Shown: positions 21,082 to 31,900 of the stretch, piece by piece
Layout of the letters: each line of letters starts with the position of its first letter
Numbering within the stretch: the first letter of the stretch is position 1
NCBI GenBank assembly: GCA_963666485.2
Contig: CAXXUO010000001.1
Location: 256,001 to 320,000, forward strand
Source of the DNA: Syntrophorhabdaceae bacterium
GTDB taxonomy: Bacteria; Desulfobacterota; Syntrophorhabdia; Syntrophorhabdales; Syntrophorhabdaceae
DNA: 64,000 nt
Direction of reading: 5' to 3'
Position numbers and translations under genes: made by a program
The notes under the pieces: model-generated
The model's database searches: none
What the model saw: only the letters and a program-made list of their open reading frames with translations
What the model was told of the DNA's origin: nothing

Positions 21082-21861
21082 CTACTTGGCCTTTGCGGGT
21101 GCCTCGGGCGCTTTGGGTGCCTCGGGCGCTTTTGGCGCCTCCATCCCGAGTGCGGCCTGCAGTGCAGGAATGTTGGCGCCGACAACGAGGTCCTTTCCAT
21201 TTACGATGAACATCGGTGTCCCGTTGACCCCGATCCGGGAACCTACTTCCTTGTGAAGGTTGAGGCGTTCCGCGACCTCCGGCTTCTTGCATACCGTGTA
21301 TTTCTGGGTGTCGAGCTTGCCTTTCATGGCCTCTTCGTACGCCTTCGCCTGATCAGATGAACAGAAGATGTACTTAATCTTGTTCTCCGCATCCTTGTGC
21401 GACGGCAGGGGGAAGAAGAACACGTAGCGTGTCGCATCCTTCACCGTTTCGAGAAATTGAGCCGCCCGGCGGCAATACGGGCAATCCGGGTCGGTGAATT
21501 CGATGATCGTCTGCTTTCCGCTTCCGATCTTTATGGCCTTATCGAGGGGAATCTTTTTGACGTTGTTCAGGAGAAGCTGGCCTTTTCTCTCGTCCGTTAA
21601 GCTCCTGCCTGTCTTGTCTATGATCTCGCCGACGAAAAGAAGGTCCTTTTCCTGGAAATAATAGATGAGATCAGTCCCCTTGGAAACCTCATACAGGCCC
21701 TTGACGGGGCCCGGCTTGATCGAATCATACGGTACGTTGGGATACGCCTTCTTAAACGCCTGCTCATAGTCCCCCCCGGCTGCATCCTGACCGAACCCGG
21801 CGGTCGCCAGGCAAAGGAGAATTATACCCGAGAACAGCACGCGCAGCAGATTATCTTTCAT
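21082..21861 (-). CDS. DsbC-family thiol:disulfide isomerase
   Basis: Signal peptide, FTDPDCPYC, GTP motif; C-terminal APKAPE repeats. Confidence 0.88.
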   Translation of the reverse strand: MKDNLLRVLFSGIILLCLATAGFGQDAAGGDYEQAFKKAYPNVPYDSIKPGPVKGLYEVSKGTDLIYYFQEKDLLFVGEIIDKTGRSLTDERKGQLLLNNVKKIPLDKAIKIGSGKQTIIEFTDPDCPYCRRAAQFLETVKDATRYVFFFPLPSHKDAENKIKYIFCSSDQAKAYEEAMKGKLDTQKYTVCKKPEVAERLNLHKEVGSRIGVNGTPMFIVNGKDLVVGANIPALQAALGMEAPKAPEAPKAPEAPAKAK

Positions 21862-21999
21862 TGTTCCTCCCATAGTGTTCAATGGAGCAAATATATCATC
21901 GACCCGCGGACAATTCCATGAATAAATTCGGCGCTGTCCTCAGCTTGCTGAATGTCCGTCTCCGGAAGGGGCACACGCGGGTCGCCGGCATGAACTCTC

Positions 22000-22680
22000 T
22001 CATACCGTTGCGTTCACAAGATCGATTATCCCCCGTATATCGTCAAATACGTGATCGGCATCGGCAAGGTCTTCCCGTGAACACCTGCCCGAAAGCACTC
22101 CCGCAGTCTGAGCGCCCAGCGCTTTCCCGGCGGCTATGTCCGTCGGGTGATCACCCGCTATTATCGCGTTCCCCGCAGGCACATCGAGCGCCTCAACGGC
22201 CATGCGCAGCTGGTGCGGGTCCGGCTTGACATACCGGGTGTCGTCACGGGTCACCATGACATCCACGTGATGATCGACATCGGGAAAGATGGTCCGGACG
22301 ACTGCCGCCGAAGACCGTGTTATGATCCCGGCGCGTATGTTCCGTTCCCTGAGAAACGAAAGGACCCGGCGTGCGTAGGGGTAGAGCTCTTTGTTGCGGC
22401 AGGCCTCTATCTCGAGCCTGTCAAGTTCCTGGAAGGCCCTTGCGCGAAAAGAGTCCGTGCCTTGATCGATCTCGTCTTCTATTGCGTGGACCATTTCGAG
22501 TATGTACTGGTCTTTGAGGCGGTCGATCATCTCCTGTCCGACGTATTCCCGGGCAATTTCCTCGACCCTTGCCCTCAAGAGCGAGAAATCGAGTGTAAGC
22601 GGCGTAAGGGTGCCATCGAAATCGAAAATGACAGCACGGATGGAATTCACTGCAGGCCCGTCACGGTCACCGGGACGCAC
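22000..22680 (-). CDS. HAD-family phosphatase
   Basis: FDFDGTL, KPDP, GD motifs; start may be the GTG at 22650. Confidence 0.88.
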   Translation of the reverse strand: MRPGDRDGPAVNSIRAVIFDFDGTLTPLTLDFSLLRARVEEIAREYVGQEMIDRLKDQYILEMVHAIEDEIDQGTDSFRARAFQELDRLEIEACRNKELYPYARRVLSFLRERNIRAGIITRSSAAVVRTIFPDVDHHVDVMVTRDDTRYVKPDPHQLRMAVEALDVPAGNAIIAGDHPTDIAAGKALGAQTAGVLSGRCSREDLADADHVFDDIRGIIDLVNATV

Positions 22681-23820
22681 TTACAGGTCTTTAAGGCAGT
22701 TCACGGCCGCGGCGACGCCGGTCCCGAGAGGGAACGTGTACCCGAGGTCGTTCAGGGTGAACTCTATGGCCGCAACGGCCGTTATAACATCGTACTTGTC
22801 CGCATAGCCGAGCGTCGCGAGGCGGAATATGCGACCCTTGAGAAAATCCTGCCCGCCCGCGCCGGTCACGCCGTATTTTTTCCACAGGGTCTTGTAGATG
22901 GCCTGGCCGTCTATCCCGTCAGGTGCGCATAACGCGGTCACTGCCGGGGACGGGTTCTTCGAAAATATCTCGAGGCCGATCGCCATCGCACCTTCGCGGG
23001 TGGCCTTCGCCAGCATTTCACTGCGCCGGTAGACATTATCGAGTCCTTCATCCTTGAGTATCTTGAGCGACTCCCTCAACCCCGTGATAAGAGAAATGGC
23101 CGGGGTGAAATTCGTCTGGTTTTTTTTCAGGTTCTCGCGTTCCTTCTCCCAGTTGAAATAGAACCTGGGTATCTTTGACGTTTTACCGACCTCCCACGCC
23201 TTGTCGCTGACCCCCGCAAAGGCGAGGCCAGGGGGAAGCATGAGGGCCTTTTGCGACCCGCTGATCAGGATATCGATGCCCCATTCATCCATCGGCAGGG
23301 GGATGACGCCCACACCGGTGATACCGTCGACAACCATAAGTGTGCCGGGGTAATTCCTGACAATATCCGCTATCTCTTTCGTCGGGAACAGCGTCCCCGT
23401 CGATGTCTCGGTCGCCTGCGTGTACACGGCCTTCGCGTCGGGATGTGCCTTGAGCGCCTCTCCGACTGCCGACGGGTCCAGTTTGTCTCCCCAGGGGATA
23501 TCGATGTTGACCGGTACGACGCCGTATGCCTCGCAAATCTCGGCCCAGCGTTCCCCGAACTTGCCGCTCCTCACGACGATCGCCTTGTCACCCGGGGACA
23601 GCATGTTCGTGATCGCTCCCTCCATTGCGCCCGTACCTGATGATGCGAATATCAGGACCTCATTGTGCGTACCGAAGAGAAATTTCAGTCCTGCTCTCAC
23701 CTCTTCCACCACGGTTTCGAACATGGGGTTCCGGTGATGGACCATCGGTTCGGCCATTTTCAAGAGGACTTCAGGGGGGATCTGGGTAGGTCCCGGGGCG
23801 AGCAAATAGCGTTTCTGCAT
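22681..23820 (-). CDS. Class V PLP aminotransferase (alanine-glyoxylate/serine-pyruvate type)
   Basis: LLAPGP, SSGTGAME, SGSQKALMLPPG. Confidence 0.92.
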   Translation of the reverse strand: MQKRYLLAPGPTQIPPEVLLKMAEPMVHHRNPMFETVVEEVRAGLKFLFGTHNEVLIFASSGTGAMEGAITNMLSPGDKAIVVRSGKFGERWAEICEAYGVVPVNIDIPWGDKLDPSAVGEALKAHPDAKAVYTQATETSTGTLFPTKEIADIVRNYPGTLMVVDGITGVGVIPLPMDEWGIDILISGSQKALMLPPGLAFAGVSDKAWEVGKTSKIPRFYFNWEKERENLKKNQTNFTPAISLITGLRESLKILKDEGLDNVYRRSEMLAKATREGAMAIGLEIFSKNPSPAVTALCAPDGIDGQAIYKTLWKKYGVTGAGGQDFLKGRIFRLATLGYADKYDVITAVAAIEFTLNDLGYTFPLGTGVAAAVNCLKDL

Positions 23821-23955
23821 CGTTGATCTCCTCAATTTTAATGCTAGTTTCTAACAAATTCGCCTCAAAACCTCAAGCAAAATGAGTTATACAACATGGC
23901 GTGTTTGTGCTATATTCAAGGAAACAAAATTGTTCCAGAAGAAGGAGAAAGAGGT

Positions 23956-24342
23956 ATGGCCCAGGGCCCCTATAGCGATATTGTCATAGATCATTTCGAG
24001 AATCCCCGGAACATGGGGGAGATCGAATCAGCTGACGGCGAGGCCGAGGTCGGCAACCCGACGTGCGGCGACGTTACAAAGATATTTCTCAAGATCGAGG
24101 ATGGACGGATCGTCGATGTGAGGTTCAAGACGTTCGGCTGCGCGGCAGCCATTGCATCGGCCAGCATGACGACGGAGCTGATCAAGGGCAAGACCCTCGA
24201 TGAAGCCCTGAAAGTGACGAACGAACTTGTCGCAAAAGAGCTCGGAGGCCTTCCCGCTGCAAAGCTCCATTGTTCTGTCATGGCGGAAGAGGCACTGCAG
24301 GCGGCGATCGACGATTACAGGAAGAAGAGCGTAAAACAATAA
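23956..24342 (+). CDS. iscU: Fe-S scaffold IscU/NifU-N
   Basis: HFENPRN, CGD, FGCAAAIAS, KLHCS. Confidence 0.9.
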   Translation: MAQGPYSDIVIDHFENPRNMGEIESADGEAEVGNPTCGDVTKIFLKIEDGRIVDVRFKTFGCAAAIASASMTTELIKGKTLDEALKVTNELVAKELGGLPAAKLHCSVMAEEALQAAIDDYRKKSVKQ

Positions 24343-24346
24343 CATC

Positions 24347-24730
24347 ATGCCCGAATTCTCTATCAGATCATCGAAAAGGATCGAAGCGATCGACATTACC
24401 GGCCAGGTCATGGACGTGGTCCGGGGCCAGTCGGGCAAGCTTCTGCACGTTTACACGCCGCACACCACCTGCGGCATGATCATCAATGAAGATGCGGACC
24501 CTGATGTCATGCGCGACATCATCGAGAAATTCGCGAAGCTCGCCCCGGCTGAGGGCCCGTACCGGCACAGGGAAGGCAATTCAGATGCCCACATCAAGGC
24601 AGTATTGACCGGTGCCTCGGTCAGCATCCCTTTTGTCAACAACTCCCCTGCCCTCGGCACATGGCAGGGCATTTTCCTGATGGAATTCGACGGGCCGAGG
24701 GAACGCAGGGTTTTGGTAACAGTGATCTGA
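24347..24730 (+). CDS. YjbQ/UPF0047 family protein
   Basis: PHTT, NEDADP, H.EGNSDAH, GTWQ, EFDGPR. Confidence 0.9.
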   Translation: MPEFSIRSSKRIEAIDITGQVMDVVRGQSGKLLHVYTPHTTCGMIINEDADPDVMRDIIEKFAKLAPAEGPYRHREGNSDAHIKAVLTGASVSIPFVNNSPALGTWQGIFLMEFDGPRERRVLVTVI

Positions 24731-24748
24731 TATCCTGGAGGATATTAA

Positions 24749-25255
24749 ATGAAAAAAAGAATCGGAATAGCATTCGTCATCGGCCTCTGCATGATCCTAT
24801 TGTGCGTCTTCGCCGCCGGGCCGGTTTATGCAAAGAACGAAAAACCTGCGAAGGCAAACCAGCCGGCACCGGTGAAGACCATCCCGAGCATCAAGGAATA
24901 CGGGGCCTATGTCAAACTCGCAAAAGGATATGTTCGCCTGCTTCCGAACATCGTCTTCGACGAGAAGGGCGTGTTTTTTATCGAACCGAACAATCCCCCC
25001 CATTTTTTCCTCAAGGACGTGCAATACCTGGTCGTTTACGGCGAGTATGACTGGAGCGTTCTGACGGTAAATCCCATGGGGTTCTATCAGCCGTCCCCCC
25101 TGGGGAAGCCGCGTTTCGCCTTCGGCAAGGAGATCGGCATCGATGCGAAACCGCAGCAGAAGGGCATGTATAACCTGAAGCCCAAAGAACTCCTGGGCCG
25201 CGGCTACTACAGCATCTGGATCAACGATACTGCCTGGGATTTTATCCTGGATTGA
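24749..25255 (+). CDS. Secreted hypothetical protein
   Basis: GGAGG RBS, signal peptide. Confidence 0.7.
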   Translation: MKKRIGIAFVIGLCMILLCVFAAGPVYAKNEKPAKANQPAPVKTIPSIKEYGAYVKLAKGYVRLLPNIVFDEKGVFFIEPNNPPHFFLKDVQYLVVYGEYDWSVLTVNPMGFYQPSPLGKPRFAFGKEIGIDAKPQQKGMYNLKPKELLGRGYYSIWINDTAWDFILD

Positions 25256-25318
25256 TTTTTTGTCGGAAGACGTAAAGAAAGTGTCGTAAGACGTTACCGG
25301 AAAAAGAAGATAACGAGC

Positions 25319-26071
25319 TTACCATAGCTTTTCTGTCACGAACCTGAAGCCCATTCCCACGAATGTGGATATCTGCTCGCTCCCGAAGATGCCGGACCCC
25401 GTGGTAAGATCGATCTGCACGGCGTCGCTGATAATGTGGCGAAAACCAACCTGATATGCGCCGCCGGTCTTCCCGGCGTACGGGTCGTTGCAGAAGATCT
25501 CCATGACGCCGTGAAGTCCCCCGAACAACCGGATCTGCGAACCGATGCCCCAGGTGCCTACGGTTACCTCGCTGCTGGTGGATATCCCTATGTTGCCATG
25601 GATCAGCACCCGGTCATTGTCGAAAAGGGATTCCGTCATTGCCGCATAGACGAACCCGTTCCATTGCTCGGGCCTGAATTCGCCTTTCCCCCAGGGAGGG
25701 GCCGCGCCGGCAGCCATGGCAAGACCGGGATACTTGTTCGGCTTCGCGTCCCAGAAGAGATACTTGAACTGCATCAGCGGACCGGTGATGGAATAGCTCC
25801 GGTTGGACTCCTTTTCGAGGGGAAACCCGTTCGTGAAGCCGATCGTCAGTTCAGAATTCGCCGTAGGCCCAAACGCACCCAGCGTGAGGTTCGAGAACTC
25901 ATCCTGCGAATACCTGACCGAGGTCTCGACCTGGGCCTGGTGGTCCCCGACGACACGGGCGTCGTCGGTGACAAAGGGACGCACCGCGCACGCCGGTCCG
26001 GGCATAACGATTATGGCGAACACGGCAAGCAAGCAGGCCGCGATGTATAGGAACCGTAGCTGAGGGTCCAT
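25319..26071 (-). CDS. Putative outer-membrane beta-barrel/transporter-like protein
   Basis: Signal peptide, RPFVTDDARVV N-terminus, amphipathic strands, C-terminal Trp. Confidence 0.6.
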   Translation of the reverse strand: MDPQLRFLYIAACLLAVFAIIVMPGPACAVRPFVTDDARVVGDHQAQVETSVRYSQDEFSNLTLGAFGPTANSELTIGFTNGFPLEKESNRSYSITGPLMQFKYLFWDAKPNKYPGLAMAAGAAPPWGKGEFRPEQWNGFVYAAMTESLFDNDRVLIHGNIGISTSSEVTVGTWGIGSQIRLFGGLHGVMEIFCNDPYAGKTGGAYQVGFRHIISDAVQIDLTTGSGIFGSEQISTFVGMGFRFVTEKLW

Positions 26072-26213
26072 GTTCCTCCTAAGGTTTTTACTTTTCCAAT
26101 AGACTAATGCAAGTGACAGCCTGTTTTCAATGCCGGAAACTCGATTCTTTTTGTAGTGTTGCTATGTTTTTTGTTTACTCGAAATTGCACTTTGTGATAA
26201 ATGTCATACTACC

Positions 26214-26495
26214 ATGCGCCCCGGGCCGATAGTCAAATCCGTCATTACCTGCCTCGTTCTTATCCTGCTTTTTTCAATTTTCACCGTTGAGACAAACCAG
26301 GACAACCGGGCGTCTTTCAAAGAACGGTGCCCGACATGTATCGACAGCAATACTGTTTTTATCCCTCTCAATGAAATAGATCCCTCGTCTTTCGTGAACT
26401 ACGTGGAAAAACATATTGTTTTTGCCGACAGCGAACAGATCTCCGAGTACAAGGACCTTACCAACCATTACGACAGGGCACCTCCTCGCCTCTAA
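26214..26495 (+). CDS. Leader/arrest peptide with CxxC and C-terminal RAPP motif (DUF2946/CruR/CutF-like)
   Basis: N-terminal hydrophobic segment, CPTC, ...DRAPPRL*; 117 bp upstream of a metal-type RND operon. Confidence 0.7.
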   Translation: MRPGPIVKSVITCLVLILLFSIFTVETNQDNRASFKERCPTCIDSNTVFIPLNEIDPSSFVNYVEKHIVFADSEQISEYKDLTNHYDRAPPRL

Positions 26496-26612
26496 AGGTT
26501 TTTATGCGCATCGAGAAGGCCGTGGCGGTGTCCGTGCCCGCTGCGCCTGCCTGTCCGATCATCGCACCGCGGTCGGATACCGGAAGAACCGATTCAGGAG
26601 AGGTAGAAAAAG

Positions 26613-27908
26613 TTGATTTCAGATCCTTTAAAACATCTGGCAAGCTCCATCCCGCAATGCCTGGTACGCCGGTATGCACAGGTTGCCTTAGCCCTGGCGC
26701 TCGCCATGTTCCTCGGGTGCGCCGCAGCGGGTGCCGCACCGGGCGAGCTGACCATCGACGAGGCGCTGGCCCAATTTTACGAGAACAATCTCGATATCAT
26801 AATAAACCGGTACGAGGTCGATAAATCGTATGCAGATTATGTCACGGCCAAACTGATACCCAACCCTGCCCTGACGGTCAATTATAACAATCTCGAGATC
26901 TCACAGGGCAAAACGAACCGCGGTGACAACACCCAGCTGACCATCCGCGTCGACCAGCTCATCGAGACAGCGGGGAAGAGGACGTACAGGACGAATACGG
27001 CCAACGAACTGTACGAGGCCGCCAAGATCACGCATAAAGACGTCATCAGGAATCTCCTGATCGGGTTTTACTCGTTGTACTACTCGATCAATCTCGACAT
27101 GTTCAACGTCGATTTTGCGAAACATGAGCTCACTCTTTACAACAGGCTCCTCGAGATCGCAAAAAAGAAGCACAATGCCGGGTTCCTCTCGACAATGGAT
27201 TACACAAAGCTCAAGATGAGGCGGATCGAGCTCGCCAACAACGTTGTAAACTTCGAGACGCAGCTGAAGAATGATCTGAGCGCCTTTACCGTACTTTTGG
27301 GAAAAGAGGAGGCAATGAGGCCGGCCAGGATCAAACTTCACGAGAATCTCCGGAAATACAACGAGGAAGAGCTCGTAACCATAGCCCAGGAGAACCGCTA
27401 CGACCTGCTCTCCTTGAAGCGGCAGCTCAAGGCCGCAGACAACGCTGTCATGCTCGCAAAGGCCGGGAGGTTTCCCGATTTCAGCATAGGCGGGGAATAC
27501 GATTCCATCGGCAATCCCGCGAAGAATGCTGTCGGGGCAGGTTTCAGCATACCGCTCCCGATCTTCTCGAGGTCGCAGGGTGCGATCCTGAAAAGCGAGG
27601 CCCTGAAAAAACAGGTGGAAACACAGATAACGAAAGTGAAGCGGACGATAACGCTGGAGGTCCAGCAGTCCCTCAATACCTACAAAGCATCCGCACAGAT
27701 CTTTGAGACATATAACCAGAGCAAACCTGAGATGGACAACCTCATGACGAACAGTACAAAGGCATTTACGCTGGGCGGCATTACGGTGCTCGACCTTCTC
27801 GACGCCGAGAGAACATACAGGGAGTTTATGACGAAATATCATCAGGCCTTCATCCAGGCAATTCTGAACAGCGATCTCATCAAGGTGTATACGGGTGAAA
27901 TGAAATGA
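26613..27908 (+). CDS. TolC/CzcC-like outer membrane efflux protein
   Basis: OEP repeats (PNP, IPLPIF); AGGAG RBS, TTG start. Confidence 0.88.
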   Translation: MISDPLKHLASSIPQCLVRRYAQVALALALAMFLGCAAAGAAPGELTIDEALAQFYENNLDIIINRYEVDKSYADYVTAKLIPNPALTVNYNNLEISQGKTNRGDNTQLTIRVDQLIETAGKRTYRTNTANELYEAAKITHKDVIRNLLIGFYSLYYSINLDMFNVDFAKHELTLYNRLLEIAKKKHNAGFLSTMDYTKLKMRRIELANNVVNFETQLKNDLSAFTVLLGKEEAMRPARIKLHENLRKYNEEELVTIAQENRYDLLSLKRQLKAADNAVMLAKAGRFPDFSIGGEYDSIGNPAKNAVGAGFSIPLPIFSRSQGAILKSEALKKQVETQITKVKRTITLEVQQSLNTYKASAQIFETYNQSKPEMDNLMTNSTKAFTLGGITVLDLLDAERTYREFMTKYHQAFIQAILNSDLIKVYTGEMK

Positions 27909-28975
27909 AAAGATCAGTCTATTCCCTCGTCTTCTTTCTTCTGTGCGCATTGCTTCTCGTTTCATGCCATTCCAAGGAGAAAAAAGAAGAGAAGAGCGAG
28001 CTGAAGACATATAAGGTCACCGCTCAAGAGGTCCAGTTCTATGTCGAGGCGACGGGAAGTGTCCAGCCGGACCTGGGCGGGGCATCGAAGATCATCAGCC
28101 ACGTCCCCGGAACGGTTGCACAGATCCTCGTAAAACCGGGAGAGCGGGTGAAGAAAGGCTCCGCACTGCTTGTTATCAAGAGCCCTGACGCCACTGATGC
28201 GTACGCCGCCTACCTTTCCTCGGTCGCCCAGCTAAAACAGACCGAACGCATTTACAATCTCAATAAAGAACTGTTCGAGGTGGGTGCGGTCACGAAGAAC
28301 GATCTCTTGAACAGTGAGGCCAGTTTCCGGCAGATGGAGGCGGTCTCCGCGGGTTTAAGAAAAAAACTGAACCTGTACGGGTGCGGCATATCCGGCAGCA
28401 ACGAGGTAAAACGGGACAGTTGCTCCGATACAGTGACCATACGGGCGTCGATCCCGGGCTTTGTCGCCGATATCCAGACGCGCATCGGGGACAAGGTCGA
28501 TGCCACGACCGGCCTCATGACCATCGCCGACCCGCAGAATATCATCATTGTCGCCAACATCTACGATTCGGACATACCCAAGATCAAGAAAGACAGCAAC
28601 GTTACATTTTACGCGGACATCTTCGAGAATACCCCGTTCAAGGGCGTCGTCACGTACGTAAGCGACATCTCGGACACGGAATCGAAAACGGTGAAGACCT
28701 TTATCAAGATCCTCGACAGAAAGGACGTCTTCAAACAGAACATGTTCCTGAAACTGAAGATCGAAAGGGAAAAGAGGTCTTTTGCCGTCGTCCCTCAATC
28801 CGCGATCATCTACAAAGACGGTAATTTCTACGTGTACAAGGCGCTCAAGGACGGGAAGAACGAGTTGAAACAGGTAAAGGCCGTTCGTGAACTTCCCGGG
28901 AAATTCATGGCCGTCGAAGGCATCAGCGAAGGCGACCCGATAGTCCTGTCGGCGATAGAACTGGAAAGACCATGA
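27905..28975 (+). CDS. RND periplasmic adaptor (CzcB-like)
   Basis: Lipobox LVSC, lipoyl-like halves; coupled to the neighbouring genes. Confidence 0.88.
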   Translation: MKRSVYSLVFFLLCALLLVSCHSKEKKEEKSELKTYKVTAQEVQFYVEATGSVQPDLGGASKIISHVPGTVAQILVKPGERVKKGSALLVIKSPDATDAYAAYLSSVAQLKQTERIYNLNKELFEVGAVTKNDLLNSEASFRQMEAVSAGLRKKLNLYGCGISGSNEVKRDSCSDTVTIRASIPGFVADIQTRIGDKVDATTGLMTIADPQNIIIVANIYDSDIPKIKKDSNVTFYADIFENTPFKGVVTYVSDISDTESKTVKTFIKILDRKDVFKQNMFLKLKIEREKRSFAVVPQSAIIYKDGNFYVYKALKDGKNELKQVKAVRELPGKFMAVEGISEGDPIVLSAIELERP

Positions 28976-31900
28976 GAAAGTGGACCGTCTTCGTAACCCG
29001 CAACAGCGGGCTTATCATTGTCCTCATTTCGACTGCGTTTTTGATGTCCCTCTTTGTCGTAAGGGGCCTCAACATAGAGGCCTTTCCGGACCCCTCGCCC
29101 CCCATGGTGCAGATCGTTACGATATACGAGGGAAAGTCGGCGGAGGAGGTTGAAAGGCGGATAACGATCCCTCTCGAGACGGGCCTCGCCGGAATGCGGG
29201 GCATGGAGAGGATAAGTTCGACATCGCTCTACGGCCTGTCCGACGTGAAATGCAAGTTCTCCTACGACATACCGTACAGGGAGGCGCGGCAGGAGGTCTT
29301 GAACCGGCTCGCCGACACGCAGCTTCCCGACGGCGTGAACGCGAACATCATAGCGAGCCCGATGGGCGAGGTCATGCAGTACGTCTTTTACGGGTCGAAC
29401 AACCTCATGGAACTCAGGACGCTGCAGGACTGGACCGTCAGCAGGTACTTGAGGACCGCCCAGGGCGTAGAAGACGTCGCCAGCTACGGCGGCTTCATCA
29501 AGGCATATGTCGTCAAGGTCATACCGGAAGACCTCATTAAATACAACCTCACGTTATCTCAGATCATAGAAGCCCTCCAGAAATCCAACGTCAGCGTCGG
29601 TGGACGGATCGTCGAACTCGGAGACCAGTACTACATGGTCAGGGGACTGGGGCTCATCCGGGACATCAAGGACATCGAGAACAATGTCGTCCAGTACAAG
29701 AACGGCAAGGCGATCCTTATCAAGAACATAGCGGAAGTGAGCCTCGGCAATATTCCGAGGACCGGCATCGTTATCTATAACAGGAGTGATGACGTCGTCA
29801 TGGGCAACGTCATGCTCAGGCGCGGCGAGAAGAGCATCCCTTCCATTCAATCGCTCAACCAGAAGGTCGCCGAGCTCAATGAAAAGATACTCCCCAAGGG
29901 GATCACCATAAAACCTTACTACGAACGGTGGGAGCTGATCCGGACCGTCATCGTAAAGGTCGTTGAAACCGCAACGAGCGGTATCCTGCTCGTAGGGATC
30001 ACGCTCTTTTTGTTCCTGGGTAATTTCCGGGCAGCGATCCTCACCGCTCTCGTCATACCCATCTCGCTCGCCATTACCCTCGCGGTTATGGCGATGAGCG
30101 GGGATTCGGCGAACCTCCTGTCCATCGGGGCCATCGATTTCGGGATCATCGCCGACATCGCCCTCGTCCTTTCCGAGAACTATATCCGCATCGCGAGAAA
30201 ACAGGCAGGAAGGAAGAGCCCCGGGGACAGGCTCCTCGTGCGGGCAATGACCGAGGTCGGCTCCCCGATCATACTCCTCGTTCTCATCATCATCACCGCA
30301 TTCATACCCATATTCACGATGAAAGGTGCTGAGAAGCAGATCTTTTCGCCCATGGCGAAAACATATTCCTATGCCCTTTTCTTTACGCTCCTTTTGACAT
30401 TCACCTATCTCACCGCCTCGATACACCTTTTCATCGAGGGGCGCGAAGGGAAAGACCTGAAATTCGTCGACAAGATGGAGCGGTATTACTCGAAGATAGT
30501 CAGTTCCCTCATGGCAAACGCCCGCAGGGTGCTGACGATAACCGGATGCGTGATATTCGCGGGCTTCATTGTCGGCTACATTGTCATAGGCACGCAGTTC
30601 CTCCCGAAAATGGATGAAGGGAACATTTATATCCGTGTCACGTTCCCCTATTCGATAGCATTGACCAAGACCCACGAAAACGCAAAAAAGGTCCGGGACA
30701 TAATAATGCAGTTCGATGAGATCAAGACGGTCGCCGTACGTGTCGGCAGGCCCGAAGACGGCACCGATGCGACAGGCCCGTTCAACAGCGAGTTCTTCCT
30801 CGGCCTGAAACCCTACTCCAAGTGGAAAAGGGGCATCAGCAAGGAACAGCTGGAAGATGAGCTCAGGACGAAACTGACGCGGCAATTCGCGAACGCAACC
30901 ATCAGTGTCTCGCAATACATGCAGGACAACCTCGAGGAGATGACGTCCGGCGTCAAGGGCGAGAATGCCGTGAAGATCTACGGCGAAGACCTTATCCAGC
31001 TCGACAAGATGGCAAAGGACGTGAAGGAAAAGATGGAGAAGATCCGCGACATCAAAGAGGTCGGGGTATACAGGGAACTCGGGCAGCCGAACCTTCTCAT
31101 CGAGATAAACCGTGAGAACACCGCGTCGCTTGGCCTCAACATCCAGGACGTTCTCGACATGATATCGGCCGCACTCGGCGGCAAGATAGTCAACCAGGTC
31201 ATAGAGGGTGAGAAAAATTTCGCGCTCCAGGTCAGCTTTCCCTATGAATACAGGAACCAGCCGGAAAAGATAGCGAGCATCCCGATCGTCCTCCCGGGGG
31301 GCGGCATCGTGCCTCTTTCCCGGGTCGCACACATCCACTACGACACCGGTGCTTCCTTCATATACCGGGAAAATTACCGGAGATATATCCCGATCAAGTT
31401 CAACGTCGATTCCGGGGACCTCGGCGGGACCGTCGCAAAGGCCAAGAGAGAGGTTGAGAAGGTGCAGCTTCCCAGCGGGTATTTCATGGAATGGAGCGGT
31501 ATGTTCAATGAAATGAAAGCGGCATTCCAGAGGTTCTACATCTCTATCCCGATCGCCATCTTCCTCATCATCATCCTCCTCTATATCTTCTACGGAAACC
31601 TGAGGAACGTGGCACTGACGGTGGTCGCTCCGGTGTGCACGGTATTCGGAGGGCTCATAAGCCTTCTCGTGACAGGTCAGTCGCTCAGCATATCGTCAAT
31701 CGTGGGTTTCGTGTCCATCATAGGCATCTCCACCTTTGACACGTGCATCGTGATCAATCATTATATCGAGGTTTACAAGGAAATCAGGGACAAGGAAAAG
31801 GCGACGTTCCAGACGATCAAGGACAAGTTCAGGTCGATCCTTATGGTTGGCCTCGTAGCATCGATCGGTCTTCTGCCTGCCGCGATATCCCACGGGGTCG

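Noticed and set aside
21050..21292. N-terminal extension of the gamma-CA ORF
   Set aside because: Overlaps the dsbC 3' end in another frame; family similarity starts at MIFEY
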